DNA of 64,000 bases from Octopus bimaculoides (lineage: Eukaryota). Below are positions 49,991 to 64,000 of the stretch, piece by piece. The translations under genes and the position numbers were made by a program. The DNA lies in NCBI RefSeq assembly GCF_001194135.2, contig NC_069005.1, positions 31,177,895 through 31,241,894 on the forward strand. Direction: 5' to 3'. The first letter of the stretch is position 1. The number at the start of each line of letters is the position of its first letter. The notes beneath the pieces were generated by a model. That model did not search any database and was not told where the DNA came from. It was given only the letters and a program-made list of their open reading frames with translations.

Positions 49991-51433
49991 TCTATGAATG
50001 TAGGAAAACAGATCTTCGAAACTAAATGTTTACATACAAAACAGCTGAAAACTCATTAATAGCAATCATTATAATAAACAAAATAATAAATAAATAGATA
50101 AATAAATAATAATAAATTAATTAATTAAAAGCTACTCAACTGAAAATTAGAGCTCAGACAATTTTATTGTTCAATTTGTTACTTGTAATGAGCTGAATAT
50201 TATTTTCTTTCAAATTATATTTTGTTGGGGACAGACTGTAGAACAGTTAAATGTTATTAGTATTTTTCTCCACTTTTAATTAGAATGCATGCGTGTGTAT
50301 ATGTGTCTCTCAGTGCACGACTATCTGTGTGTATGTGTGTCTATCTATCTGCTCTGTTGTATGTCTGTGTATGTCTGTCTTCTCTGTTGTATATCTGTGA
50401 GTGAGTGTGAGTGTGTGACTGTCTGTGCATTCCTCATTATATCGACGTCTGCTTGTCTATCTCGATGTGAAATATCATTGGCTGCAATTTAGTTACGATG
50501 CCTAAAATAAAACGGTTTTTTTTCCAAACGGCTTTGTTTCACCAATCTAGTTTTGAGAGAGTGTGAAGTTTGAACCAGAAGGCAAGTCTTCCATTCCTTC
50601 CGCCCCACCACCACCTGCCCCCTCCCACTGGCCAATGATGCCTCATTACCATATATCTTCCACAAATTATTCAGAAAGTAATTACAGTTTTAAAACACTG
50701 TTAATTATTTAGTCAACAAGAACTTGACCTGTATTTTGCTCTGTATTCCAATTATCTCCTCTTTCTCCCCCCCCCTCTCTCTCTCTCTCTCCAACTCTAT
50801 CTCTGTGTCTGTCTCGCTTTCTCTCTCTCTCTATGTATATATATATATGCCTGTCTCTCTCTCCTTCTCTGCTTTTTTATCTCTCTTTCTCCCTCTCCTC
50901 TTGCTCCACCTCTCTCTCCCTCCCATCTCTCTCTCCCCCCAACTCTATCTCTGCGTCTGTCTGTCTCTCTTTCTCTAAACATATACATGTGTCTGTCTCT
51001 CTCCTTCTTTATTTCTCTTTCTCCCTCTCCCTCCTTCACTGTATTCCTTTTCTCTCTCTCTCTCTCTCCTCTCACTCAACCTCTCTCCCTCCCACACCCT
51101 CATTCTCTCTCTCATTACTTCAAATCACGTTCTTGTGTGTATTTCCTTCAAGGACTGTTAACAGGTAACGAAGCTTTCATTTGCAGACCAATAGTAATGT
51201 CACAGACATATTCAATATAGTTAAACTGCCACTCCAAGCAAAACTAGTTTCCAGGCAAAATACAATGTGTGCAGTTTTGCAGATCATAGCTGTGTGGTTA
51301 AGAATCATGCTTTGCAACCACATGGTTCTAGGTTCAGTCTCACTCTGCAGCACCATGGGCATGCACCTTCTTCTAAGGTCCCGTGCTCAACAATGTCATG
51401 TGAGTGAATTTTGTCGACAGAAACTGTAAACCG

Positions 51434-51472
<39 letters not shown>

Positions 51473-54400
51473 CAGGTTCAATCCCACTACATGGCACCTG
51501 GGCAAGTGTCTTCTACTATAGCCTCGGACCGACAAATGATAGTCATAAGTGATATTTATAAATATATCTTGCAAGTACTTGGTGACCTTGTCAGTGCAGG
51601 CACCACTTCAGAGCACCCAGTACACACTGTAAAATGGTTGGTGTTCAGAAGGGCATCCAGCTGTAAAAACCTTGCCAAAACTGACTTCGCCCATGCTTGT
51701 GCCATGTAAAAAGCACTAAGTCCACTCTGCTGGATGGTTGGTGTTAGGAAGGGCATCCAGCTGTAAAAATCTTGCCAAAACAGTCACAGAAGTCTGGTGC
51801 AGGCTTCGGCCCAGCTGGCCTTTGTGGTACCATCCCACCCATGCTAACATGGAACACGGATGTTGGTGGTGATGATATTTACAAATTGATTGTAACTGTT
51901 TTAGTAACAGCAGAAAACAATAGATATATTTTTTTTTATCCAATGTTTCAATTTTAAAAAATGAAAAATTACATAAACTCTATTTCATTACCCTACACAC
52001 TTTGACTCGTTTAATTAATTCAAAATGTCTTAATTTTTATGACCACAACTATACAAAAATAATGAGGCAAGAAATCGTTTTTATGTTATATATCAATAAT
52101 TACCATAAATCCAGTGTTTTCCTACATTCTGTATACGGATTAGCAGTTGCTATCAGAGAATATTGCATCGTTAGTAATTATTGGGTTTACCAGTGGTTTC
52201 ATATGGAGTCCTGTAATTTCTAATTAACACAGAAGAAACCTAATTAATTTCATATCAAGTAACTATTAACCTGTTTACTAACTGCATTTTTGTGTATTCA
52301 TATTTGCTTTCTACACACCTCGCTTGTATATAATTATTGGATTTTGTATGTGTATATAAACTTATAAACCTAATAAATGTCTCTTTATCAGCTGAGGTTT
52401 GTATGTATGTGTTGTGGGCGAAATTACCTGTGGCTTGTTGGTATGTGTGTGTGTTTGCTTGTCACAGGTGTTTGAATGTATATGTGTGTGTATTTGTATG
52501 TGTATATGTGTATATATATATATATATGTGTATGTGTGTGTATGCATTTATGTGTATATATGTGTGTGTTTGTGTATGTATATGTGTGTGTGTATGTGTA
52601 TATATAGATGTGTGTGTGCATGTGTATATGTATGAATGTATGTAGACGTACATGATGTAAAAATGTAAATTTATGTATGTATATGCATATATGTATGTGT
52701 ATTATAAGTGTATGCATATACATGTGTATGCATGTATATATGTATAATTTATTATATACATTTACATACAAACACATCTTTTGTATGTGTGTGTATATGT
52801 ATATATGTATATACACACACACACAATTGATTTTTGCGTAATATAAAAATATAAAGTGCACATTCCACTTAAAGTAAATGTAATTTTTATTCTCAAAGGG
52901 GGATTAAAGCTTTTTTTCTTGTTTTAGTTGGGGGTTTTGTTTGTTGTTTTAACACATAAACTTGGTTATATCATTTGTCCATTTATTTATCAAGCCAAAT
53001 CATTATCTGTTGAAATGTAAGTTTGTGTGTCATGTCAACCCACCTCTTCATTTCTTCAAACTTTCACGACTAACTCAGGCGTTTCATGAGAACCATTGTT
53101 CATCTCTTGTTGCCTGAGGTCTCGTCTCTATCACAAAAAGCCCCTTAACTCCTTGTCAGGTCCTATATTCTGCCTAATTTGTGTTCAAGCCAGCCAGATC
53201 TAACCTCTCATACCTACCCTACAATGTCATTCTAAAAATAAACAATCGTATAAAAATCTCAGAGCTACGAGATAATGTATGATTAATTCAAAAGAATGTG
53301 AATAAATAAGCATTACATGAGATAGGCGTAATCTGAATGTTAAAGGGTTAAAACCATCCCCAAGAAAACAAACCAGTTTACTTGTAGGTTTTTCTGTTTC
53401 TTTTCAACACTATAAAACTGTCTTGAAAAACCTGCTAAAATTGATTTCAAGTTAGTTATACCAATGATTTCTTCAGTGAGTTACAGCTAACCCCTTTTAT
53501 TCTGCCTGGGTTTGTAGTCAGTTGCTTTTAGATCAATGGTGCTGAAACATCCTCGCTTTCTAAAATATCGCCATTTTAGTTCCATAAACCAAATCTTTGT
53601 TGCCCATTATTATTATTATTATTATCATTATATTTTTACTTCTCAGATCTCTCGATCCTATTAGCTCTGGTTAACAGCATCCTGTTGTCAAAGGTCTCAC
53701 AGGGTCTTTTTTCACAAATTATATAAGACTTGGTACTTAGGTGTTATGTATCATAGAAGATACTGCGTTACTACTACTACTACTGCTATTGCTACTACTG
53801 TCATTGTTGTTATGTTGTGGCATATCTTTAATTTTTAGGCAATATATCAGTTTCAGTTATCCATGAAACCATTATTTACAACAGTCGTTAGGAAAACATC
53901 AGATGTTATTAAAACAAGAATAAATAAATAGGCTTTATAGTTCTTTGAAACTGTTCTTTAATGCAAGTAGATTCTCACAGATTCTGTTTCCAGTCTGTAA
54001 CTCTTCAATCTTCTTCCAAAATAAATAAACTCTTTCTAATCACCGTTCTGTAGCCTAAACTCTGTTGCTTTCTTAATTAGACATCCTAAATCATAGGCAA
54101 TTAATTAGATTAAAGCGTCTTGTGTTTCTTTTCACTCGTTAAGCGTAAAGCCTTTCTCCAAAGGCAAAGTAGAGGAGCTTTCTTCTTTCAGAGATGATCC
54201 ACATTGCACTGCCTTTGAGGAGATGAGAGGCAAAATCACGAACCATTAGCTGAAAGTTCAGTAAACCATTGTCATTGATTAAAATTCAGCCTCACCACAC
54301 GTCTTGATAATGCAGTTCGGCAAATGATTTGATAATCTTATTCATTAAGTAGATTACTACTAGAATTAGCGGTTGAGTATTGATGCTCTGAACTGGTAGG

Positions 54401-55089
54401 AATGAAACAAACTAGGTAAGAGGGGGTGGGGCAAAAGAGGAACATATAATAAGAGAAGAAATAGAAGGGAACTCTTGAGTAAAAAATCCTTTGTCATTTC
54501 TCTTCTCACAAAAAAAAAAACAAAAAAAACAGTTGATTTTTATCATGGATTTCATTACAGACAGTTAAGTAACAACAGGGGTAATCCAAAGCGGGTGGAG
54601 GGCTCCATACTTTACAGCATTGAGTTTGGTATCTTGGCTTATCTGCAGTGAAGTTCCTCAGATTTTTTGCTGATTCTCCTATTTCTTTCGATGACGAACA
54701 ATCATCAGTCGCATCTTAAGATAATTTATTGGTTTCAGAACAAATATCTTGGTGGCTTAGATAAAAAAAATGTTTGTGATTTAGGACAAAGCATTGGGGA
54801 AGGGTTTTTTGGTTTTTTTTCTAGCAGCTGGTTTTATGAGATATCATTGTCGACATCACTTGAAAGAATGATTCAGCAAACATTTATATGGTGTAGAAAA
54901 TGGCATACGTTATTACGCAGAGCAGGCTCTGGTATGGCTGTGTGATTAAAAGACTTGCCTGGCAGCCACGTGATTTTGGGTTCAGTCTCACTACGCAGCA
55001 CCTTGGGCAAGAGTTTTGAGCTGAATCAATGTCATGTGAATAAAATTGGGAAATGGAAACTGTGCAGAAGCTCATTGTGTATGTATGTA

Positions 55090-55209
<120 letters not shown>

Positions 55210-55224
55210 TATATATATACATAC

Positions 55225-55262
<38 letters not shown>

Positions 55263-56437
55263 ATGTATATGTATAATATATGTATGTATGTGTGTGTGTG
55301 TGTATGTAGATATATATATGTGTGAGCTCTTACCACTGGAGAACCAACAATATATTCAGATTTCAGTCATTTCTTGATTTCTTCCCTTCTATACCACACC
55401 CATGATTGCATCAAAACACATTTTTTTTATGCGTGTGTTTTTTTTAATCTTTACCAAACTCTCTGTTTAACACACATTTTCTTTATATTCATTTCCATAG
55501 TAAAATCTCTTTTTTAATTTCCAAAGCGCTCTTACACAGTAAAGTTTTCTTTTTGTTATTTGTATTTTAAATATCAAAACCTAAAACTAATTTTTTTTCA
55601 TTAATGATGTGGAATGTCATGGCATCTTAGTATGTTGTAGCATTTTTGCTTAATTAACTTGAAATGCAGCTTTTATAATTCATAAATTTTGAATTTTTCT
55701 TTTTTTACATCTCTGGACTATACAGCTAATTAGGTTTTATTTATCTCCTAATTCTCTGTCAACACCTTCTTTTGTTATATATTGCTTGACAAGTCATTCA
55801 TTTTACTTAGGAAATTTTTTTTATGGTGTAACATACTTTCCTTTGTTTACTAATTTCCATATCAGAACAGAAGTTTTTAGCTAGCTGTAAATGACTGAGG
55901 CAGTGTTTGTCTCTGAGGAGACAAAATTATACTGAAACACAGGTGTCAGACACTTTGCTGATGTTATTTCAAGCAGGTTGTGTATTTTTAACACACTTGA
56001 CCTCTTAAAAGAATATGTTCTCCTTGACTAGATTTCCATGGAGATCTCTCTTTTATGTTTGTGAGTACATGAATATTGTGTAAATGATGTACATGCCATT
56101 GTTGACTGGTGGTTTTGTAGCTGTTTGTGATACAAAATGCTCTAGGCCTATAACAATGTTATTGGTCATAAATCTTATTACTATTAGTTAATGTACCAAT
56201 ATGTGTGTATAGAGAGACATATTCTTTTATCTTCCACATCTGGTTTAAATCTTATCTAGATGCCTTTCTGTTCAGATGTTGTTTTTATTTGAACTTGGGT
56301 CTGTCATAACCCTATAGAACCATTAGGCCAGAACTTAACTGAGTTTCCATAAATTATAAGGCATGTGTGTATATATATATATGTATGTATAATATATGTG
56401 TGTATGTATATGTATACTATATATATGTGTGTGTATG

Positions 56438-56511
<74 letters not shown>

Positions 56512-58753
56512 TAAATATACATACACACAGACACACTCATGTGTATGCATATGTGTGAGCCGCCCTTACCACTTGAGAACCAGTGTTGATTTCTTTGTCT
56601 CCGTAACTTGTAGTTTATTATATTTCTCAGAAAATAGTTGTTCTGAGGACAAGATGTTAATAGGTTTGACAGCATTAACATATTTAATGCATGGGGCACT
56701 AAAACACTAACTATAACCAAAAATGCAATGAGGAAGAAAATAATTGTTAAAGAGTAATGGTATTTTTTTCACTTTCTAATCAATCATGGGAGACAAGACT
56801 GGATGGGTTTCCATCTGGTTCTAACCTCCTCAGCAAAACATAGCCTTCAGCATACTTGCTAAATAGTGATAAAGGAGCCACTAAGTCAATAGACTCAATG
56901 ATGCATGTATTTACATTAGGGAAACAGAATTGTTTACAGATTTTTAATAATTCAACTAATATCTTGTATAATGCCGCAATGCAAAAATACCGCATTATTA
57001 ATTAATTATTGCATATCTGTTTGATTCTTTGTTTGTTTTTTTTTGTTTTTTTCAAAGAATGTGGGTTGTGTTGCAAAAACAGTGGAGGGCCAAGCTATAC
57101 AATACCATCCAGTATTTTGGTTCAACTCTGATTCATCTGAGTTCAAATGTTGATAAAAACAACGATATGGTAGAGGGTTGAGCAAAAAATAGTGTCCCGT
57201 GATTATATATTTTGACTTTACACTCAAGTTCAAAAACCGACAAAGTCAGGTCATTGAAATAATCAGCAGCAACGTGTTTCGGCTGATAATATCAATGTGT
57301 CATCCTTATACAACAATTTAGTGTTTGTAATAGGTGCAGGCATGGCTTTGTAGAAGTAACTTTGTTTCCCTGTCACATGGTTTTGGGTTCAGTCCTACTC
57401 AGTGGCACCTTGGGTAACTGTCTTCTACTGTAGCTCCTGTTTGACCCGAGTCTTATGATCGGATTTGGCAGATGGAAACTGAAAGAAGCCTATTGTGTGT
57501 GTGAGCGTGTGTGCATGTTTAAATAAAAAATGTAAAAATAACTTCTCAAGTCATGCTGACTCATAAGAGCCAGTTTCCATGGCGTATAAATTCCCCTCCT
57601 GGATGGGATGCCAGTCCATCGCAGGATTGCTCACTTTGCCAGTTGAGGGCACTGGAGCAACATGAAATGAAGTGTCTTGCTCAAGAACACATTGCATCGC
57701 CTGGTCCACAAATCAAAACCACAATCTTATTTATTCACATTGCTTTGAATTAATCTGGCATTATCTCGTATAGCTTTGAGATTTTGAAGGTGGAATTATT
57801 TTCTTTTTGACTTTTTTCTTAAGAATGACATTGTAGGTTAGGTGTGAGAGGCCGGACATGGCCCGTTTGAACATTAAACAGGTGGAATACTTGGGCCAGA
57901 TGTGCCCAATTTAGATGCTAAATGGATAAGGGTTCATCTTAGAAATTTGCTTCTATCAACAAACAGACACACACACACACTCACCAAATGTCAAGTAAAC
58001 TACTTAAATATGTAGAATCAAGAGACAAAACTGTTTTATTATTCTGTGAGATTCTTTAAACTAAGTATTGAACAGTTTAAAGATCTTCCATAGGAATTCT
58101 AAGTTGATTGATAGAATTTTAACTTCTTCAGATATTTTCTTTTTGGTGGTTTTTGTTTGCAGATATTTTTAGTCCCTACCCCCACCCTCATTTTATTACC
58201 TTTTTTTTGTGTGGGGTGGGGATTGGCGGGGAGGTTCCGTCTTTATGAAAGTAANNNNNNNNNNNNNNNNNNNNNNNNNNNNNNNNNNNNNNNNNNNNNN
58301 NNNNNNNNNNNNNNNNNNNNNNNNNNNNNNNNNNNNNNNNNNNNNNNNNNNNNNNNNNNNNNNNNNNNNNNNNNNNNNNNNNNNNNNNNNNNNNNNNNNN
58401 NNNNNNNNNNNNNNNNNNNNNNNNNNNNNNNNNNNNNNNNNNNNNNNNNNNNNNNNNNNNNNNNNNNGAAGTACACAACGAGTACGGAAGTATGGAAGTT
58501 CAGTAGAATGAAATTTGCTTGAAGCAAATATTTTTATCTGTTAACATTTCAAATTAAGCAGAGGGGAGAAACAAATTGATTTTCCTTCTTTGCATTCGTT
58601 CTTTCTCTCTTATTTTCTTTTTCTCATTTTCTGCTTTTTTTAAAAAAAATTTCTAGGCTCTAATTATCAATTTTCTCTTATAAAGTCTTTATACATTAGG
58701 TTATGTGAGAGGCTGAGCAATTTAAAGAGACATAAACAATTAGACAACAGGAA

Positions 58754-58793
<40 letters not shown>

Positions 58794-59566
58794 ATAAAAG
58801 CTTGTTTGTTTTCATGTGAAGTTACATATAAAAACAATTTAACATTAAATTGAAGAATTGTTCAATACTTTTTAGTAGAGTACATTTAGCAAGCTTTTAT
58901 GAGGAGAATGTTGACAGTAACTTTGAAGTTTCGGCTTGCTCATCTTCATCAGATTGTATTATATGTTGTGTGGTGTGGTGTGATGGGAAAGGGGTCTGTG
59001 AGAATACGTGCTGTATAGGTGAATGGACCTGAGAAGGCCAATCATGTGCAAGCAATGTTGGACTGAACAAAACTGTATGATGCAGATGATGATGGTAGCT
59101 GAATGGTTAAGAAGTTTGTTTTGCAATCTTGATGTCGCAGGTTCTATCCCTCTGTGTGGCATCTTTGGAAAAAGCCTTTTTCAGTAGCCTCGAGTCAACC
59201 CGTACTTTGTGAGTGAAAGTGCTTTTACTATTGTCTCCATTGGTGGTTGATATTGCTCATGTTATTGTTTGGCCACAACCCCTGACAGAAGTATCGCTGT
59301 TTTTTTTTTGGTTTTTTTTTTTTGGTGATGGGGTGAGATTTGAACTCAGAACATGCAGAGCTGGAGCAGATATCACAAGGCAGCCTGTCTGACACACTAA
59401 CAATTCTGACTCTCCATTTTCATGGACTGTTGCATTTTTTTGTTAAAGATCCCAAAAGCATGAAAGGCAAAATTGACCCCAATTGGATTTGATCTCAGTA
59501 CACAAGGAGTCAGAGCAATTACTGCAAGCATTCCATCCAACATGCTAACAACTTTACCAATTAGCT

Positions 59567-59610
<44 letters not shown>

Positions 59611-62600
59611 CTTAAAATATCCTTAAATTAAATTATGTGCATTTTTGTTGGTGGTGGGGGGAGGTTAATGTTGTCATTAATTACATTATTCTAATTAAAA
59701 TGTCTGTGTTTAAACTTACATCATTTAAACGAATATAAATTTGTCTATGTATTTGTGCACAGTTTAATTATATGTTATTGACGAAATAAAAATAATTAAT
59801 TCTCTCTTCACTCTGCTCTCATCTTCCAACTTGCTCCACTCTGTATATAGATTCAGTATATCATATATATCCATATATATANNNNNNNNNNNNNNNNNNN
59901 NNNNNNNNNNNNNNNNNNNNNNNNNNNNNNNNNNNNNNNNNNNNNNNNNNNNNNNNNNNNNNNNNNNNNNNNNNNNNNNNNNNNNNNNNNNNNNNNNNNN
60001 NNNNNNNNNNNNNNNNNNNNNNNNNNNNNNNNNNNNNNNNNNNNNNNNNNNNNNNNNNNNNNNNNNNNNNNNNNNNNNNNNNNNNNNNNNNNNNNNNNNN
60101 NNNNNNNNNNNNNNNNNNNNNNNNNNNNNNNNNNNNNNNNNNNNNNNNNNNNNNNNNNNNNNNNNNNNNNNNNNNNNNNNNNNNNNNNNNNNNNNNNNNN
60201 NNNNNNNNNNNNNNNNNNNNNNNNNNNNNNNNNNNNNNNNNNNNNNNNNNNNNNNNNNNNNNNNNNNNNNNNNNNNNNNNNNNNNNNNNNNNNNNNNNNN
60301 NNNNNNNNNNNNNNNNNNNNNNNNNNNNNNNNNNNNNNNNNNNNNNNNNNNNNNNNNNNNNNNNNNNNNNNNNNNNNNNNNNNNNNNNNNNNNNNNNNNN
60401 NNNNNNNNNNNNNNNNNNNNNNNNNNNNNNNNNNNNNNNNNNNNNNNNNNNNNNNNNNNNNNNNNNNNNNNNNNNNNNNNNNNTCCTGATCTTGATCGTG
60501 TCTTTTGCTTCTTGGAATTTGGAAAACTCAACCAGTATTTGTTTGAGACTGGTCTGAAGTAGATTGCACTTGTTCCAGTAACCGGTCATTTCCATCTGTT
60601 TGTTTTGTTTTGTTTTTGATAAGTCATGATGTGTGTTTGTATATTTTTCTTTTGTAAACCATTAACCACTGGTGTTAATTAATTAATTAGTGCTCTTCAT
60701 ACTCTAGTACTTTGTGGTCAGTTTATTGGATAGTATTTTGGCCACCCCTAATAAAACTGCCCTTCATCTAATAACAGCTTTCATTACATTCAAAACAGTC
60801 TGAGTGTATGTGTGTGTATACAGTGTACACACACACACACACACACATACACACATACACACACACACACATACACAAACATAGAACACACATGCATGTA
60901 CATACACACATACTGAAAATTATGTCTTCAGCATCTTGCTGTTTAACGTACAAATATTTGTCCCCTTAACTTAACCCTAGCTGTCTCTCCCTGGTGGCAT
61001 GTACCATGCTTTCACTAGTTCCCTCTGGGGCCTGTGTAGTCACAAGCAAACACAGATAACCTCATCCTCTCGTGGCTTTCCTACTCTTGACAACAGACCA
61101 TAAAGATGAAAAATGAAATCTTGTTCTGACAATGTTTCAATGCAAAACTGTGTGGACAAATGTCGAAAACCCAGTTTTCCCACTGTTGTTGTTTTTGTTA
61201 TTACAATTACTCTATGTTCTGGATTAGTTACCATAGAAACCATAGCCATTGCTGGTGAACAGATATGACTTGGGAGAATGTACCATGGTTTTGCTGATTG
61301 TTTTAAGGGGTCTATGTAATTATATAACCCTAAGTAGACAAAGACATGCTCTCAGCTTCCTCCCCTTGGTGCAACAGAACATCAAGGATGTGGCATTTTA
61401 TATATATATATATGTATATATATGTGTGTGTGTAGGGTAAAGACCCACCCCTCAGTCATATTTTGATAGGGTCCGGGGACCTGTAAAAGGCTACTAAATA
61501 AGCCCTTAGTCCATAATTTCATTACATACACACAAACTGAGCTGCCCTCTCTCTCTCTCTTTCTGTCTCCTCTCTCTCACCTTATTCTTTTCTCCTTTAC
61601 AAGAACTCATTATCAAGATCAAAGTCATCTCTATTCCGTACTCCTCAATTCATTAGAAAACTACCTTTACCTAAACCCCCCCCTTCCCAATTACAACACC
61701 ACCACACATTGACAAACAACCCTCTTCACATTAATATAATAAGCCATCAGGGTTTCTTTTTTGTTGCTGCTGCTGTTGTTGTTGTTGTTGTTGTCTTTTT
61801 GGAAACAGTAGGAAACATTAATAATGCCTGCCATTAAATACAGCATGGATATCTTGCTTTTACTCCAAATTCTCCTCATTATTGATGTTGTCATTATCAT
61901 CATCATCATCATTATTATTATTAATTTCACCCTCATCTCCAGTGAATGCCTCTTCTTTGCATGACTGCTGTTTGTAACTGCTCGGTCTGTAGTGTTTGTA
62001 ACATTCCATAGTTGTAACCTAGTGTGAATGCCATTCCTTTCCCATTCCTCTTGAAGGAAACATAATGTTTTTGTGTGTATTGTTTTACATGTTTCAGCCC
62101 TGAGGCTGTGGCACCGCCAGTGAGTGTGTGTTGTTTTTAATTGGCACCTATCAAACTGACTGTTCAGTTTGATAAATGCCATGCATGAAACTCTCAGCTC
62201 TCAAGTAACTTTTTGTAACTTTCTGCCAATTTAAAAATAATAAAAAAAAAGTTAATATGGTTACAGCTACAATGCCCTTAATCGCAGGTGTGCTTGATCA
62301 GGGTTGCTCCAGGGTTAACGTTTCTGGATTAATGGTTACAGATGTTGAAGAGCATAGGCTCGAAACATCAAGCACTTTTCCATTGTTCTCGAGCATCAAG
62401 CTAATACACCTGCTTGTTGGTCTCTCACTTTGAACAAGAATGACCCTTTGATGAAGTCAAGTAAAGAAAGTTGGTTTCAAGGAACACCTCAACAATGTGC
62501 TGGGAGTCCTGGAGTATATCAGGGTCTTTTAGCAATAGATCCCCTTTTCCTTCCCAGATGACCCCTGTTGGGTTGTCCAAGCCCTAGCTTACATCCCAGC

Positions 62601-64000
62601 AGCAATGGGTCTGCTTTTCTTTATATATATATATATATATATATAAAGAGTTGTTGATGTTCAACACTAACTGAATGGAAGAAGGGGTGACTGCTGCAGA
62701 ATAAAGAATTCCCATGGAGGGGGTGAGTATATATTTCATTTGAAGAAATAACCCCCAGAGGTCACTACTTACTTTTATCGATAACCTCTCTCTCGCTTTC
62801 ATTTCTATGGAACTTTTTTCACAACTTCAGCAGCTGAATAACTGTGGTTTTTATTATTATTATCATTATTATTATTAGGATGGCAGGCTGGCAGAATTGT
62901 TAGCATGCCGGGCAAACTGCTTAGCAGCATTTTGTCTGTCTTTATGTTCTGAGTTCAAATTCCACCGAGGTTGGCTTTGCCTTTCATCCTTTCGGGGTCG
63001 ATAAAATAAGTACCAGCTGAGCACTGGGGTTGATGTAATTAACTTACCTCCAACCCTGAAATTGCTGGCCTTGTGCCAAAATTTGAAGCCATTATTATAA
63101 TTATTATTATTATTATTATTATTGCCCTGGTGGCAAATATAAGAAATCAACATCATCATCATCATCATCATCATCATTATTATTATTATTATTCAGTTGA
63201 GTACTGGGGTTGATGTAATCGACTTGACCCCTTGCTGCAAATTTCAAACCTTGTGCCTATAGTAGAAAGGATTATTATTATGAGGTTTATGAGCTGGGAG
63301 AATCGTTAATGCATCAAATAATATGCCTAGTGGTATTTCTTCTGGCTCATTACAGTCTGGGTCCAAATTGTTTGGCCTTTCTTTCACCCTTTTGGGGTTG
63401 ATAAAATAAAGTACGAGTCAAGTACTGGGGTTGTTTGCAATTGGCTTGCCGCCTCCCCTTCAGTTCCGTACTAGCCCTGTGTATGTAAAAAAAGTGATAA
63501 AAAAAGGTCTGGATAACCAGTTCTGGAATGTTGATATTACATCGATTCGGTTAAAGCTGACTCGGAGTGGGAAAAGGGTCTTAGCCACCATAATAGCTCA
63601 AAGCAATATTACAGAATTATGTTTCAACATCACTTTGTTACTTAACGATCACTATTATAAACGCAGCAAATATTTACCATTATACATTTGCTTTATTGAA
63701 TTGTGTTTGTGGAATGGTAATGGGTGCACACAGATTTTTTTCTTTTTTTTTTAAAGTTGCGTATATAATATATTATAGTGTTGTGTTTGATTGAAGGTTT
63801 AACTAAAGCCAAGTTAACTGTCGAGAACAATGATCAATACCATTAGTGTGAGAAACAATCTTGTTAATGTCTCTAACCTTTTGCTGGATTGCTGACAAGA
63901 TTTCTGGTAATTTGTTCTTAATGTTTCCTATACAGCCTTTCCGAAAGAAGTAATATTGGTTTCATTATTGTTCATTATTGTTGTAGATGTTCATCGACAT

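Overview
Eukaryotic, AT-rich, microsatellite-saturated draft-genome DNA with 12 N-gaps. The repeat families and (TA/CA/AAT/GAT)n density suggest a coleoid cephalopod, most likely Octopus; this is an inference from repeats I recognise. One protein-coding gene is supported: numb on the + strand. Four coding exons (20295-20429, 36919-36993, 47571-47648, and 49696-49798+, the last truncated by a gap) splice in phase 0 to give the Numb N-terminus and most of the PTB domain. I found no further numb exon in the window. The rest is intronic or intergenic and carries several tRNA-derived SINE families, RTE-LINE-related repeats, TTAA-flanked (piggyBac-type) non-autonomous elements, decayed transposase remnants (hAT Buster/Charlie-like and Chapaev3/CMC-like) and local tandem duplications. 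The most interesting signal is a tRNA-headed SINE-like element (47276-47516). Its 3' part folds into a complete minimal type-I hammerhead ribozyme of the Penelope-associated, dimer-cleaving kind, in sense orientation about 105 nt upstream of a numb 3' splice site. Several decayed relics of similar termini occur elsewhere in the window. Nearly all ORFs in the supplied track are artefacts of microsatellites or N-runs.
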